Assembly (NCBI GenBank): GCA_030295235.1
Contig: AP026138.1
Coordinates: 744,001 to 808,000, forward strand
Direction of reading: 5' to 3'
Length of the DNA stretch: 64,000 nt
From: Fistulifera solaris
Lineage: Eukaryota
Of this stretch, positions 12,430 through 26,583 are shown in pieces. The position numbers and the translations under genes were made by a program. Numbering within the stretch: position 1 is the first letter of the stretch; every line of letters begins with the position of its first letter. The notes under the pieces are model-generated. The model was not told where the DNA came from. It saw nothing but the letters and a program-made list of their open reading frames with translations, and did not search any database.

Positions 12430-13218
12430 TTTCAGAACTTCTTGACACGGTGTTGCGGATCAAAACGAAAGGATGTGCGCATTCCAGAAATTCTGGAAAG
12501 TGTGTTTTGGATCATGACGAAAGAAAGTGCAAATTCCAGATATTCTGGAAACGTTATTACTGATCGAACAGAAATTCTGTGGAGGTCCAGAAATTCTGGA
12601 CCAGTTTTTTTAATCCGACCGAAATGCTACGCAAGTTCCAGTACTGCTGGACACGGTGTTGCGGATCCAAACGAAAGAATGTGCGCGTTCCGGAAATTCT
12701 GAAAAGTGTGTTTTGGATCATAACGAAAGAAAGTGCAAATTCCAGATATTCTGGAAACGTAATTTCTGATCGCACAGAAATTCTGTGGAGGTCCAGAAAT
12801 TCTGGACCAGTTTTTTTAATCCGACCGAAATGCTGTGCACGTTCCAGAACTTCTGGACACGGTGTTGCGGATCCAAACGAAAGAAAGTCGCGTTCCGGAA
12901 ATTCTGAAAAGTGTGTTTTGGATCATAACGAAAGAAAGAGCAAATTCCAGATATTCTGGAAACGTAATTTCTGATCGCACAGAAATTCTGTGGAGGTCCA
13001 GAAATTCTGGACCAGTTTTTATAATCCGACCGAAATGCTGTGCACGTTCCAGAACTTCTGGACACGGTGTTGCGGATCCTAATGAAAGAAAGTGCGGGTT
13101 CCAGATATTCTGGAAAGTGTGTTTTGGATCATAACGAAAGAAATTGCAAATTCCAGATATTCTGGAAACGTTTTTTCTGATCCGACAGAAATTCTGTGGA
13201 GGTCCAGAAATTCTGGAC
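12430..13218. repeat. Family B array: 16 palindrome-centred 51-52 bp subunits forming four ~206-bp higher-order units
   Basis: (T/G)TCCAGA(A/T)(A/C)TTCTGGA starts at 12430, 12482, 12534, 12585, 12636, 12688, 12740, 12791, 12842, 12893, 12945, 12996, 13047, 13099, 13151 and 13202. Confidence 0.96.
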
Positions 13219-13335
13219 CAGTTTTTTCGATCCGCGGCACCGACGATCACCAGCTATTACAAAGTACCAGTAGCAGTACATGCTTTATTGTTTCGTATCT
13301 TGTCATGATGAATGAATGAAAATGACTGAAGGTCC

Positions 13336-14778
13336 ATGATCGCTGCCTCTGTTATTGCAAGAAGGACGCCCTTTTGTTTTCTTGTTATCATCCTACTTCG
13401 CATTACGACGATTCGAGGTCTGTCTGTTCCGAACAAGAACATGGCGAGTCGTCGCATGGTCCTCATTTTGTCAGGACCCCACCGCCGTGGGCAAATCGGC
13501 CATTGCGGCTCAAATCTGTCAGCAAATCGGCGGTCTCATTGTTTCGGCAGATTCTGTACAAGCGTATCGGGAAGTACAGATCGGTGCAAACAAACCGACC
13601 CGAGAAGAACGCCTTGAAACGCCGCACCTTCTCGTGGATGTCGTCGATGGAGATATTCCGTATAATGCAGCAGAATGGACAAGAGATGCTCATTTTTGTA
13701 TACAGCAACTTTTACAAAATGAATCTCTTCCCAGAAACGAAAAGAAAGATGGGGTCGATAGTGAAGAAAACGTAGAACAAAAACGACGTAAAGAAATCGA
13801 ACAATCAATACACGATGCGCGTCAATTGAAAAATTTGACGGGCCCCGTAACTCCAGTGGTAGTGGGAGGAACCATGATGTATCTAAAGTGGCTCGTACAT
13901 GGGAGACCTGACGCGATTCCACCCACTTCAGAAGCCATTGCGCAGGCCGTGTCGATACTGGAACCGTACATTGCGACAGGAGATTGGTCCGGTGCTGTCG
14001 AGCATGTACAAAGTAAATATGGCGAACCATTCGCAACACAGGCAGCTAAATTGTCTTTCAACGACTGGTATCGCTTGCGTCGTGTCTTGAAGTGGCGTTC
14101 ACCGAAGGTGATGATGCCGGGCGATCGACTTTTTCGGGTGAACGACAAGGGGGTTTACTGGATCTTTACGAGGACGTACGGTGTTTCTTTTTGTGCCCCA
14201 ACGATCGTTACGCGCATGCGCATCTCATCGACGATCGCTGTGAACAAATGATTCAAAAAGGACTATTGAGTGAAACGGCTGATTTAAACTTGCCAGACAT
14301 GGTTCGCAAAGCGATCGGCTATCGACAAACACTGGATTTCTTGTGCTCCGACGAGCCTTCCTTTGATAACTATCTGACTGAATTCCAGGGAGCGACTCGG
14401 CGATATGCCAAACGACAAATGCAGTGGTTTCGAAAAGACCCAGAGTTCTTTTTTGTCCCGGTTCAACTAGATGACAAGGACCGTATTGAAAAGGCTACGG
14501 AGCAGGTCATGAAACTAATACGAATGTCGCGCTCGGAATACGATCAGATGCTAGCGGCCAAAGAGAAGCTCAATCACCAAACTCGGACCATGAACGAAGA
14601 GCAAGCGAAGACCATGAAAACTTTTCAGACGAAAATTACTCGCTTAATTCCTGGTTCAAACGAACGGCTTCGAGTCATGGAGGAAGCCAGTGCATGTATA
14701 GCCCGCTTTCAAAAGAGCAATCGAAAGGGCACAGAACCTTTGTCTTATAAACGACCCAATGCGGAAATCTCCGAATGA
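13336..14778 (+). CDS. miaA: tRNA dimethylallyltransferase (MiaA/IPT) with N-terminal targeting-like extension, two apparent frameshifts (~13477, ~14090)
   Basis: P-loop SGPTAVGKS, SADSVQAYR, IGANKP, VVGGTMMYL, RLRRVLE, AIGYRQ, ATRRYAKRQMQWFR. Confidence 0.92.
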
Positions 14779-15189
14779 ATGTTCATTGCGTATTTGACCT
14801 GGATTATCTGATTATCGATCCTCACGGAGTACTATGCTTTGCTCGGCGTAGTTAAGATGCTGCTTGCTAGTCAGCATCAAGGATGATGCGATCACAATGG
14901 ACGGCCTAAAAGGATTGATCGCGTTTTTCATTTGTTTCTTTGCGGTTAACGAGAATTTTTTGTGCCTGTAGCCGTTTTCGGCGTCTAACGAGCCCTCCTG
15001 GTGAGGAACCCAATATGTGGGACTTGAAAACGGCAAAAACGTCCCCATTGTGGCACACTGACACAACTTCAGCCTCGCAAACTCACAGCGTTATAAATAG
15101 ATGATCTGCTTTAACCTCCTGTGTCTCTTTGGGTCTGTTACATAGTACGGAGTATTATCTATTGTCTGCTGTTTTCTCGTAGATTCAAT

Positions 15190-15740
15190 TTCCTCCCAAT
15201 TGGATAACGTCCACCGAATTTCTGTACCATCCCCATCACCTAATCCAAAATATCTGGAAGTCTCGCCGAGCTTCTGTACGACCCAATACAACGAGTCAAG
15301 AATATCTGGACCTGTTACAGAATATCTGTGTGACCCAAATACCGATTCCAGAATTTCTGGAATAAGGAAAAATGTTACTCCGGTACTTTGAAACCCAAAC
15401 AAAGATGATTCCAGAATTACTGGAACGTGCACAAAAGCTTTGTGCGACGCCAAGCACCTAATCCAGAATATCTGGAATTCTCAACAGAATGTCTGCAAGA
15501 CCCACAACACCGATTCCAGAATTTCTGGAAAATGCACAAAATCATTATGTGACGGAAAGCCCAATCCTGAAACATCTGAAACGTGCACCGAGAATCTCTG
15601 TGCCATCCCAAGCACCTAATCCGAATATCTGGAAGTCTCGCCGAGCTTCTGTACGACCCAATACACCGAGTCCAGAATATCTGGACCCTTCACAGAATTT
15701 CTGTGTGACCGAAATACCGATTCCAGAATTTCTGGAATAC
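15190..15740. repeat. Family B array, more diverged, opposite orientation to 12430-13218
   Basis: TCCAGAAT(A/T)TCTGGA recurs about every 50-60 bp. The reverse complement of 15660-15740 aligns with the B unit (CACAGAAATTCTGTG.AGG.TCCAGA.ATTCTGGAC). Confidence 0.88.
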
Positions 15741-16057
15741 CTGGTATCGATACTGTTCAAGGGTAGGGGTTGATGCTGAGTGACGTGGTCTGACGTAGCC
15801 GATTTTTTTGTGTATTTCCTCTTGAGTAGGGTCTAGCTAGGGTCTACGAAACGATTTTCAGCATTCTGGCGCGGCTTTATAAAGGTACACGTTAAACGAT
15901 AGTGCCTCCACATGGAGGTGGAGGGAACTTCGAACTTCTGCTTCCATGGAAAAACGACCAGCGTTTTGACGTGAAAACGAGCAACAATAAGATAAAATGC
16001 TCCTCGTCGTCAACAAAGTTGAACGAGAGGCAGAAGAGCTTCACTTTAGTTACAATA

Positions 16058-17742
16058 ATGATTAAATACAAGCATGGGATTTTTGGTTTGCACCTGCTCT
16101 TTCGTTTAAATGGTAAGTGTAAGACACGACGATTCCTCGCAAATTCACTGCACGAAAGCGTTGCTCACACGCCCTCTTATTACAAAACAGGTTCTGCTTT
16201 GTGCAAAGCTGTCACGCCCTCTATTTTGAGCAGTGTTGTTTTCATTCTTCTTTGGCACTTCACCAACGTCAACGATAATGACGCGCAACTATTCTTTCAT
16301 CCGTATCCCATCGGCGCACTCATCGGTTGCTTCACTTTCATGCTCGCCTTTCGAGCCAATTTTAGTTACAATCGATGGTGGGAAGCCATGACGAGTGTTT
16401 ATCAGATGCACAGTAAATGGTGTGATGTGGCTATGGAGCTAGCGGCCTTTCATCTGCAATCGGAACATTACCGGAAACCTCCGGCGTTTGGGGCGCACCC
16501 CGAGCTCACGTGTCTCGTCGAACGAGAGCGAGAACGACGGAATGCTACGACATTAGAAGAATTGGAAAATCAATTAGACGAAATGATTGAAAATAAGCAA
16601 TTATCATCAAGAGGATTTCATACTTTGCTTTCGAAACGAAAAAGCACGAAAGACATGAGTAGGAAGAATGGTACACCGGAAACCAAACGTAACAACAGCA
16701 AAGTCCAGTGAACACAAGTCGGCCAGCCATAAGAAAAATTACGGAATCGATTGGTTGCGTAGTAAATGGATCACAAAGACCAAGGGAGCCGTTTTGAAAA
16801 CAGCCAACAAAAATGTACCGAAAGCCTGGGAGGATGACTCTCCTCCACTTTTCTTACAAGAAGCGGCTCATTTGCTGTCTCTGCTTTCTGCTGTAGCAAT
16901 GAGTACCTTGCGCAACGATCTAGAAGAGGCTGGTTCGCCGCTGATGGTGTTTACCCCGGTGCACCGTTTCCGCACGTTGATCCGGATGAATACGGTGCGG
17001 ATGTACGCAAAGATTGGAATGTATCCCGATATGCCATAGTATCAGCCATGCGATTCATGTTGGGTACCCATCGCAATTCGAAAAGTCGGACTTTGTACAA
17101 TGCCGCTCGTCCGTTTCGTGTGATTGGTGATGTCAGTGATGCCGAAGTAGAAATGTTGCAGGCGGCGCGGGGTCCTCTGGCGAAAGTTGCACTCTGTACC
17201 ATGTGGTTGGAAGAATTTATCTGCCGCGAGTACATGAGTGGCAGCACCGGCAAAGTTTCACCGCCCATTATCAGTCGATTATTTCAATTTATCAGTGATG
17301 GCATGCTCGGGTACAATCATGCTCGCAAAATTGCTTATATTCCGTTCCCCTTTCCCCACGCACAAATCACAAGCTTCTTCGTTCTTGTCGTCATGTGCCT
17401 CATTCCCGTCCTCATGCTGACATATCTCGACAATGAAGCATTTGGATTTGTGTTAAACTTTTGACGGTGCTTTGTTTCTCTGGACTTCACGAAGTTTCGC
17501 GGGAGTTGGAGGCTCCATTCATGAATGCACCCAATGATATTCCGCTCAACAATTTTCAAGCTCAATTCAATGAGTCGTTAATTACGATGTTCTTTGGTTG
17601 TCATCCGGATGCGTACTGGGAGCTCCATGAACAAGAAGAAGAGGCTTTAGATAATGATCAAGAAGCGAAGAATGACAGAGATGCTAATCAGAAGAAGGCG
17701 GATGGAGACTCGGGGCCCATGTCGGCAATTGCTGAACAATAA
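16058..17742 (+). CDS. Bestrophin-like (UPF0187-type) anion channel, paralog 2, intron 16113-16190, ~3 apparent frameshifts
   Basis: MLAFRANFSYNRWWEA, RKIAYIPFPFPHAQ, GLHEVSRELEAPF. Shares LFLQE.AHL.SLLS.VAMSTLRNDL and RTLYNAARPF with paralog 1. Confidence 0.87.
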
Positions 17743-18000
17743 AGAGCCAACGAGGAAATGTACATAGTATTAGGTTTTGTAGATAATTTGATAGGAATTG
17801 TTACAATTCACAATGGCAGTCTATCATGCTGAATGTTCTACCGTGTTGCTCTAGCAATGAGACTGAATCCTTCGCTGTCGATGACGAAAATCAAGCATAG
17901 TATTATGCCATGTGCATCTCGGAATAGAAGCTTGACAGGTTGTAGACCCATTATGAAATACAAATGCTGCCGCAAAGCAAGTTGTTCTTGACTGTGCTCC

Positions 18001-18525
18001 TCAGTGAACCAAAGATCGCAGTTTGTTGCAGGGTTTCCTTCGGAAAAAGTTGAGAAATTTCCGTATTCTCGTGGAGGGTCCAGTGACTGGTGGCTCCTTC
18101 CGTGGCGGAAGCGAACGATGGCTGTTTTGATTCTCGTATTGTCGACGTGCTTCTTCTTCGTCTCTTAAACCCAATATTCGGGCATCATGTGATGATTTTT
18201 TGGAAAATGGAGCATATGCGTCAATTACTGATTTATGTTGCCGTTGGGCATTGAAGACTGCTTCTTTTGACTCGTTCGCTTTGTCTTGGATGGCCTGATG
18301 AAACAGTGATTCCAGCCCTCGAAAGGATTCTTGATCCGGTGCAGGAATAGGTCCTCCCATTTTGACCATACCCACTGCTAATTTATTGCGCATCTCAGTC
18401 CGCATGCAATCTTCGTAGGAATACCATAGTTCTGAAAGATCGTCTTCTTCCAAGATGGCGTCGTTCTTGTGGGAGACAGTATCTTCTTTAAAACTGACTC
18501 TACGTTCTGTGGATTGTTCGCTCAT
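18001..18525 (-). CDS. Hypothetical protein of a diatom-type orphan family
   Basis: 174-aa ATG ORF with RRVSF, LWYSxED and FRGLE motifs that I recall from expanded diatom hypothetical families. Confidence 0.65.
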   Translation of the reverse strand: MSEQSTERRVSFKEDTVSHKNDAILEEDDLSELWYSYEDCMRTEMRNKLAVGMVKMGGPIPAPDQESFRGLESLFHQAIQDKANESKEAVFNAQRQHKSVIDAYAPFSKKSSHDARILGLRDEEEARRQYENQNSHRSLPPRKEPPVTGPSTRIRKFLNFFRRKPCNKLRSLVH

Positions 18526-18984
18526 TGCTGCTAATGATTGAGGTAAGATTAATTAAAGTAGGTTGGATATGTTTTTATAAAAGCGTTTGTAGAATGATGT
18601 CAAGAACTTGATTCGCATTCCTGGGGGGGTGAGAAAGCAAGTGATGCTATTATTCAACGAAGGCGGGTGTCACGATTTTGTGAAACGCAGTTCCCATTTT
18701 GTCGTTTCGAATCTTGGTGAATACCGGAAAACCTAAGTGTGAGTACCGTAGGCGAATGCAAATACGGATCGGAGTAACGGTACGATCGTTTGTGTTCTTG
18801 GTAGGAGAAAAGGTCGAAAACAAAAACACCATCGACGTTCTTGATGATGTTATTGATCTCCAATGATCTTCCATCAGATATTAATGCAATGAATTAAAAC
18901 TCTTACTAGATTCAAGTATAAATGAAAGCATAACAAAGCCATGAGTTGTGGAATTTGACGTGAAGCGCAAGTAATCATCCAATC

Positions 18985-20827
18985 ATGGAGGATCTTTATC
19001 GACAACTGGTGCATCGCAACGCGAGAGAAACGACTCCTTTTATCGCAATTCATGAATCGAATGCCAGTTTACTTCATCAAGTCGATTCGCTACAAGAAAA
19101 GTGGAATCATGCCGAAAGAGAAGTAAATTCATTGCGACAGCAATTGCGTGATAACTCGAATCCAGCGACGGGTAATACCAACGTGGCCGTCGCGGCAGCT
19201 CTGCAAAACGAGAAACGAATCCGTGATAAGTTAGAAAAGCTGCAAGAAGAGTTCAATCAAAAGTTGAAAGTAGATAATGAGCAAAGGCCCTGGCACTGCA
19301 GACCAGTCGCGATTTCGCGGAACTCAAAGATCTGCATGCGGCGCAAGAAAAGACAATTGTTCGTTTCGAAGAAGCCAAGTTGCAGTCCGATCGTCTCATT
19401 AAGCATCTACAGAATGAAGTAGAGAATGCTACATCGAATGCGAAATTGGCGGAACAGCAGTTTGATGGTCTTAAGAAAACGATCCGAAGTCTCCAGGAAG
19501 AAAACGATAAATTGCAGAAAGAAAATAGGGCGTATGAAAGTCGATTTGTTTCCGAAAAGAAAAGATAATTCATGAAATGAATACTCTATCAGAGACCATG
19601 GAAAAGTTTAAAAAAGAAAACGAAATGTTACGTTCTTATCAAACACAAGAGACGAAGCAGAGTTCGTGGAGTCTATTCGGCTTGGGAAAATCGTCGTCCG
19701 AATCGAAAGACGCTGCCAAATCAGCCAATGAGCCACCAAAGACTGATACTCGAAAATGGGGGAATTTTGGTGTTGTGGTGCCGACCACACCCAAGCACAT
19801 TGTGAGCTCGCATCCAGGAAAAGAGGGGACCTGTGTGCGCTATGATACGTACGGAAACGACCTGGTGGCTACCTGTGGAATGGATAGCACTGTCAAAGTT
19901 TGGGACGCCGGTACAGGTGCTCTACGAGCCACGCTTCATGGATCAACGTCTTATCCGATTCTATCGTGTGATGTTTATGATAACTTGGTTGCAGGCGCTA
20001 GTACGGATAAGACCTGCCGTGTTTGGAATGTACGGACACAGCGTATGGTAAGTGGCATTGTGAAAACGTACTGCTTTTTCTTCTTCTTTTTTACTCATTG
20101 AAGGTGTAGCTGCATCATCTGGTAGGTCATCAACACAAAGTGAATTGTGTTCGATTGAATGGTTCGGAGAAATCTGTTATCACCGCATCATCGGACCGAT
20201 CGATCAAGGTGTGGGATATCAATCGAACGACATATCGACAAAGTACAACACTTCGCCACAGCTCGACCACAAACTGCCTCGACATTGCCTCCGATCCCAA
20301 CACGTTATGTTCCGGTCATATGGATGGCGCTGTGCGTGGTTGGGACCTTCGAAGTGGCAGTCGGTGTTTCGATTTTACAGGTAAGTTCGTTGCTGTTCTA
20401 ACTAGCTGACTATAAAATTTGTCCTCTTAGCTTCCTTTGCCATTGAACAGAATTACATGGAGGTGGGGTGACATCAATTCACTTCAATCTCGCAAATAGT
20501 ACAGAAGTGCTCACCAATGGATTGGATTCATGCCTGAAACTCATCGACGTCCGGACCGGGATGCCCCTACAAACGTTTCGCCATAAAGACTTTGTGACAT
20601 CTCAAAGCTGGTCATCGGGCGTTCTTAGTCCAGACGGAAAGTTTGCGGTGGCAGCTTCCAACGAAAGCGGAGCACTCTTCATCTGGTACACCAACGATGG
20701 ATCATTACGAGCCAAACTAGACAATCACCAAAGCGGCGTCTGTGCTATTGATTGGAATCAAGGGGGACCCAGCGGACAGCAAGTTGCAACGATGGATCGA
20801 AAAGGGAGTCTAATTCTGTGGGCTTGA
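18985..20827 (+). CDS. ATG16: Autophagy protein 16 (coiled coil + WD40), introns ~20048-20110 and ~20381-20450, frameshifts ~19280 and ~19560
   Basis: N-terminal QLVHRNARE ATG5-binding-like helix, a long coiled coil and multiple WD repeats (DSTVKVWD, DKTCRVWN, DRSIKVWD, SGHMDGAVRGWD). Confidence 0.85.
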
Positions 20828-20949
20828 TGAATTTCTACGTACAGTATAATTGAATCTCATACAGACTTTTGAAGTCAATCATTGCTACAATGAATCTTTG
20901 AATTTTTTGGTCTACAAGTGACTACTTAGAAAATTAAGAAACCTAGTTT

Positions 20950-21531
20950 TTAGTTAAGACTGACTCCAATAGCCATGCCCATCTCTTTGGTGATTTCCAT
21001 TTCGATTTGGGCTTCCGCTTGCTCGATCGAACCAGCCGCGGCCGATGAAAACTTGGTGCGTGCGGCATCGTACTTTTTCGCGACTTCCGAAGGATCAATA
21101 TCGTCCAATTTTACTGCTTCTGGGCAGATGACATCCTGAAAAATAAAAAAATAGAATGGTTGAGTGAAATGAAATGAAATACAGAAAGTGACAAAACGAG
21201 CGCTTGTGTGCCCACACTAACGTACAGTAGTCGAATCGGGGTGAGTAAGGGCATATCCTCCCGCCACAAAGTACTTTTCCGGATCAGCCGATCCCTCTTC
21301 ATGCAGAATTTTGACAACACCCGGTTTGAGTTGCGAAACATAAGGAACGTGATTTGCCGTAATACCGTATTCACCGCCCATACCCGGAAGAATCACCGAA
21401 TGAACCGACGCTCCCTTGTAAAGTGTCTCTTGGGGGAGGCAAAAATTGAGCTTGACAGCGGTGGCCGCTTCCGTACTCATGCATCGTGTCGCCGAGCGTC
21501 GAAAGAAAGATGAAGCAGTTCGACTCAACAT
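20950..21531 (-). CDS. ATP5F1D: Mitochondrial F1 ATP synthase delta subunit, intron 21136-21225
   Basis: Mitochondrial-type presequence MLSRTASSFFRR, ILPGMGGEYGITANHVP, QLKPGVV, KYFVAGGYA. Exon 2 reads DVICPEAVKLDDIDP. Confidence 0.93.
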
Positions 21532-21943
21532 AATTTTAATTGAATGTTATTTAATGATAATAATATTCAAACAAGCCAATCTGTTTCACATCAACAACAA
21601 GAGCAACAACAACGGGCACAGCGCGACGACGCGACGCGGACGCGCAACGACCAACGACAAAAGCCCGCATCGTCTGTCCTTTGTCTCGTACTGGTAAGTT
21701 GAGCCAACGCACTCTCTCCACGTGCGGACGGTACTTTTTCAGTCACATTCGCAAGGTCTGTGACGTATTCAACGTCACAGCCCAATCTTTTCTTCGCTTT
21801 TCCGCCTACGTAAGGACCAGCTAGAAAATGTACTGCAACGAACGTCCGTCTACCGATCCCAAGTAAGTTTTTCATCGGTCACCCTTTGCAGCGACGCGCC
21901 TCGTTGAATTCATCGCGTGTGTTTCATCATTTACAAAGTAACC
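21532..21943. promoter_or_regulatory. Putative bidirectional promoter shared by ATP synthase delta and beta
   Basis: 412-bp gap between divergent start codons of two subunits of the same complex. Confidence 0.6.
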
Positions 21944-23703
<1,760 letters not shown>

Positions 23704-23989
23704 TCATAGTCCTTTGTTCATCTGACTAGACAACAATATTATGCGGAATCTTAGTCTACTAGATTTTATAATTTGTCAATGATTAACTTATCGAAACATG
23801 GGCAGATGGTAGTAGGTCCAGGTAAACTTCAAATGTATGTGGATCAGAGGCCACTGTAGCAATTACCATCTAGCGTCATCGTTCTGAGGAACAAAGGGCG
23901 GTAACGGAGTCGACATTGCTTTGTTGTGATGTCAAAGGCGACGTTTTGTTTTTGTGAAAGGTATCGCGACTATCGCGACAAATGAAACA

Positions 23990-25077
23990 ATTGTGATTCA
24001 TGACGACTACTGTACAATCCAGTCTTGGCTGGCGTAAACCAACACTCCGTTTCATAGTGGAAATTCAAGGTGTGGGATCCTCGGATTTTCGAGGTGAAAA
24101 TAAAAAAAATTCGTAACAAGTAGTTCAGAATGACCAATGTTGCGACTTTATTTGCCCGTAATTATAATTTTAATCGCAGTTGAATGACAATGGAGGGATG
24201 CGAGAGACGCAAAACGGAACCTTTGTTGTTCGGTTCATGACTACTGTACAATCGAGTCTTGGCTGGCGTAAACCAACATTCCTTTGCATAGTGGAAATTC
24301 AAGGTGTGGGATCCTCGGATTTTCGAGGTGAAAATAAAAAAATTCGTAACAAGTAGTTCAGAATCATCATTGTTGCGACTTTATTTACCCGTAATTATAA
24401 TTTTAATCGCAGTTGAATGACAATGGAGGGATGCGAGAGACGCAAAACGGAACCTTTGTTGTTCGGTTCAAGATTCATGACTACTGTACAATCGAGTCTT
24501 GGCTGGCGTAAACCAACATTCCTTTGCATAGTGAAAATTCAAGGTGTGCAATCCTCGGATTTTCGAGGTGAAAATAAAAGAAATTCTTAACAAGTACTTC
24601 AGAATCATCATTGTTGCGACTTTATTTACCCGTAATTATAATTTTAATCGCAGTTGAATGACAATGGAGGGATGCGAGAGACGCAAAACGGATCCCTTTG
24701 GTTGTTCGGTTCATGACTACTGTACAATCGAGTCTTGGCTGGCGTAAACCAACATTCCTTTGCATAGTGAAAATTCAAGGTGTGCAATCCTCGGATTTTC
24801 GAGGTGAAAATAAAAGAAATTCTTAACAAGTACTTCAGAATCATCATTGTTGCGACTTTATTTACCCGTAATTATAATTTTAATCGCAGTTGAATGACAA
24901 TGGAGAGATGCGAGAGACGCAAAACGGATCCCTTTGGTTGTTCGGTTCATGACTACTGTACAATCGAGTCTTGGCTAGCGTAAGCCAACATCACCCCGCG
25001 TCATAATGAAATTTCAAGAAAATTACAGTAACGGTAGACTACCAGTAAGTTAAGGTTACGAAAAAATGGCTTGAAGG
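23990..25077. repeat. Family C element copy 1: four 236-240 bp units plus a partial unit and a conserved 3' flank
   Basis: TCATGAC unit starts at 23998, 24235, 24475, 24711 and 24947. Right flank ACGAAAAAATGGCTTGAAG at 25058. Confidence 0.96.
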
Positions 25078-25320
25078 AAAAGGCTGCGGTACCAGGTACG
25101 TCTGGCTGTCACATGCGGGGCAATCTCTCACCTCTCACCACGTTTTACTGCCAACAAAAAATAAAAGAATAATTCGTAGATGCACCTTTCCTCTTTCCGT
25201 CATCGTCATTATGTTGCTTCCTTTCCGGTGCTGGTTTCATCGGCTTACTCCGCCCTTTCTTGATCCTTGACGTTGTTGATTGCCATAATTAAGCGACAAG
25301 GGCGACACGAACTTAAAAAT

Positions 25321-26583
25321 ATGGCCTCATCAATAATATCAAATGAGGAAGAAAAGAAAGACGACAAACGGCGGTTTGCGCGAGATTGGCTTTCGAAATT
25401 AATGGAGCGACATGGGCATCGCGATACATGGGTGCTCGCGCCGATGGTGGATCAATCGGATTTACCCTTTCGAAAGTTGGTGCGGAAATACGGCTGCACG
25501 TTGTGTTTCACACCGATGATCCACGCCAAGATGCTGCTGACCCACGCCGTTTATCGACGCAAGTTTTTGATCCGCGATGACCCCACCGATCGCCCTCTCA
25601 TTGCACAACTTTGTGGCAATGATGCAGAGACTTTGATTGCTGCTGCTCGTCTGATAGAGCCTTATTGTGATGCCATCGATTTGAATTGCGGGTGTCCTCA
25701 GATGATTGCTCGACGTGGAAACTACGGGGCTTTTTTGTTGGAATCGCCCGACGCTTTGGTTGAAACAGTCAAACAATTGGTAAAAGGTGTCAATGTTCCT
25801 GTTTGTGTTAAAGTACGGCTCGTGCCGACCTCCGACTCTTTGTGTGAAACACCTCAGACTGATTGGGATGCATCGATTGATCTGTATCGACGCTTGGTTC
25901 GTGAGGCAGGTATCGCCATGTTGACTGTGCATGGAAGGACACGACATCATAAGGGCCCTACGATCGGCAAAGCCGATTGGGATGCAGTTCGTCGTGTGGT
26001 GGAAGAACTGGGCTCCGAAATACCCATTTTATCCAATGGAAGCATAGACAGTTTAGAACAGGCGCTTGAATGTCGACAGGTAACGGGTGTGGACGGAATC
26101 ATGTCGTCGGAGGCCATTTTAGAGTACCCAGCGTTATTTGCAGGAGGAGAAAGAATAAGTCGCGTCCAACTGGCGTACGAGTATTTGAAGTTGGCGAAGG
26201 AATATCCACCAGAACTAGGAGGACAAGGAAGCGGAACCAAGTGTATGAGGGCCCATATTCATCGCTTTCTAGACGGTGATTTTGAAGGAAATAACCATTT
26301 TCGCCAAGCTCTTATTGCTGCAAAAGGTAGGGAGGACCTATGGGATATTGTCGATCAAGTCGCGGCAATTCAGAAAGAAAATGGGCACGATGTTGCGAGT
26401 GAGAAGCTCTCGTGGTACATGAGATATCGGAATGGTCATGCCGATGGCCTGTCCGACAGACACAAGGCCGAACGATTAGGTAGTACCAAATCTCGATCAC
26501 AGGATTCCGACGACGAAGTGGAAGACGTCGAAGGATGTGCACAATGCGTTTTCGACACAAACAACAACGATGGCGACTATTAA
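25321..26583 (+). CDS. DUS1: tRNA-dihydrouridine synthase 1-like
   Basis: LAPMVDQSDLPFR, DRPLIAQLCGND, DLNCGCPQ.IARRGNYGAFL, LTVHGRTR, NGSI, GIMSSEAIL. Confidence 0.93.
   Translation: MASSIISNEEEKKDDKRRFARDWLSKLMERHGHRDTWVLAPMVDQSDLPFRKLVRKYGCTLCFTPMIHAKMLLTHAVYRRKFLIRDDPTDRPLIAQLCGNDAETLIAAARLIEPYCDAIDLNCGCPQMIARRGNYGAFLLESPDALVETVKQLVKGVNVPVCVKVRLVPTSDSLCETPQTDWDASIDLYRRLVREAGIAMLTVHGRTRHHKGPTIGKADWDAVRRVVEELGSEIPILSNGSIDSLEQALECRQVTGVDGIMSSEAILEYPALFAGGERISRVQLAYEYLKLAKEYPPELGGQGSGTKCMRAHIHRFLDGDFEGNNHFRQALIAAKGREDLWDIVDQVAAIQKENGHDVASEKLSWYMRYRNGHADGLSDRHKAERLGSTKSRSQDSDDEVEDVEGCAQCVFDTNNNDGDY

Noticed and set aside
12430..13218. CRISPR array (palindromic repeat with ~35-bp spacers)
   Set aside because: The spacers recur every fourth unit instead of being unique, the repeats are degenerate, no cas genes are present and the context is eukaryotic nuclear.
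12351..13319. ORFs on both strands across the family B array, and similar ORFs over the C and D arrays
   Set aside because: They are translations of non-coding repeats with no consistent frame across units.
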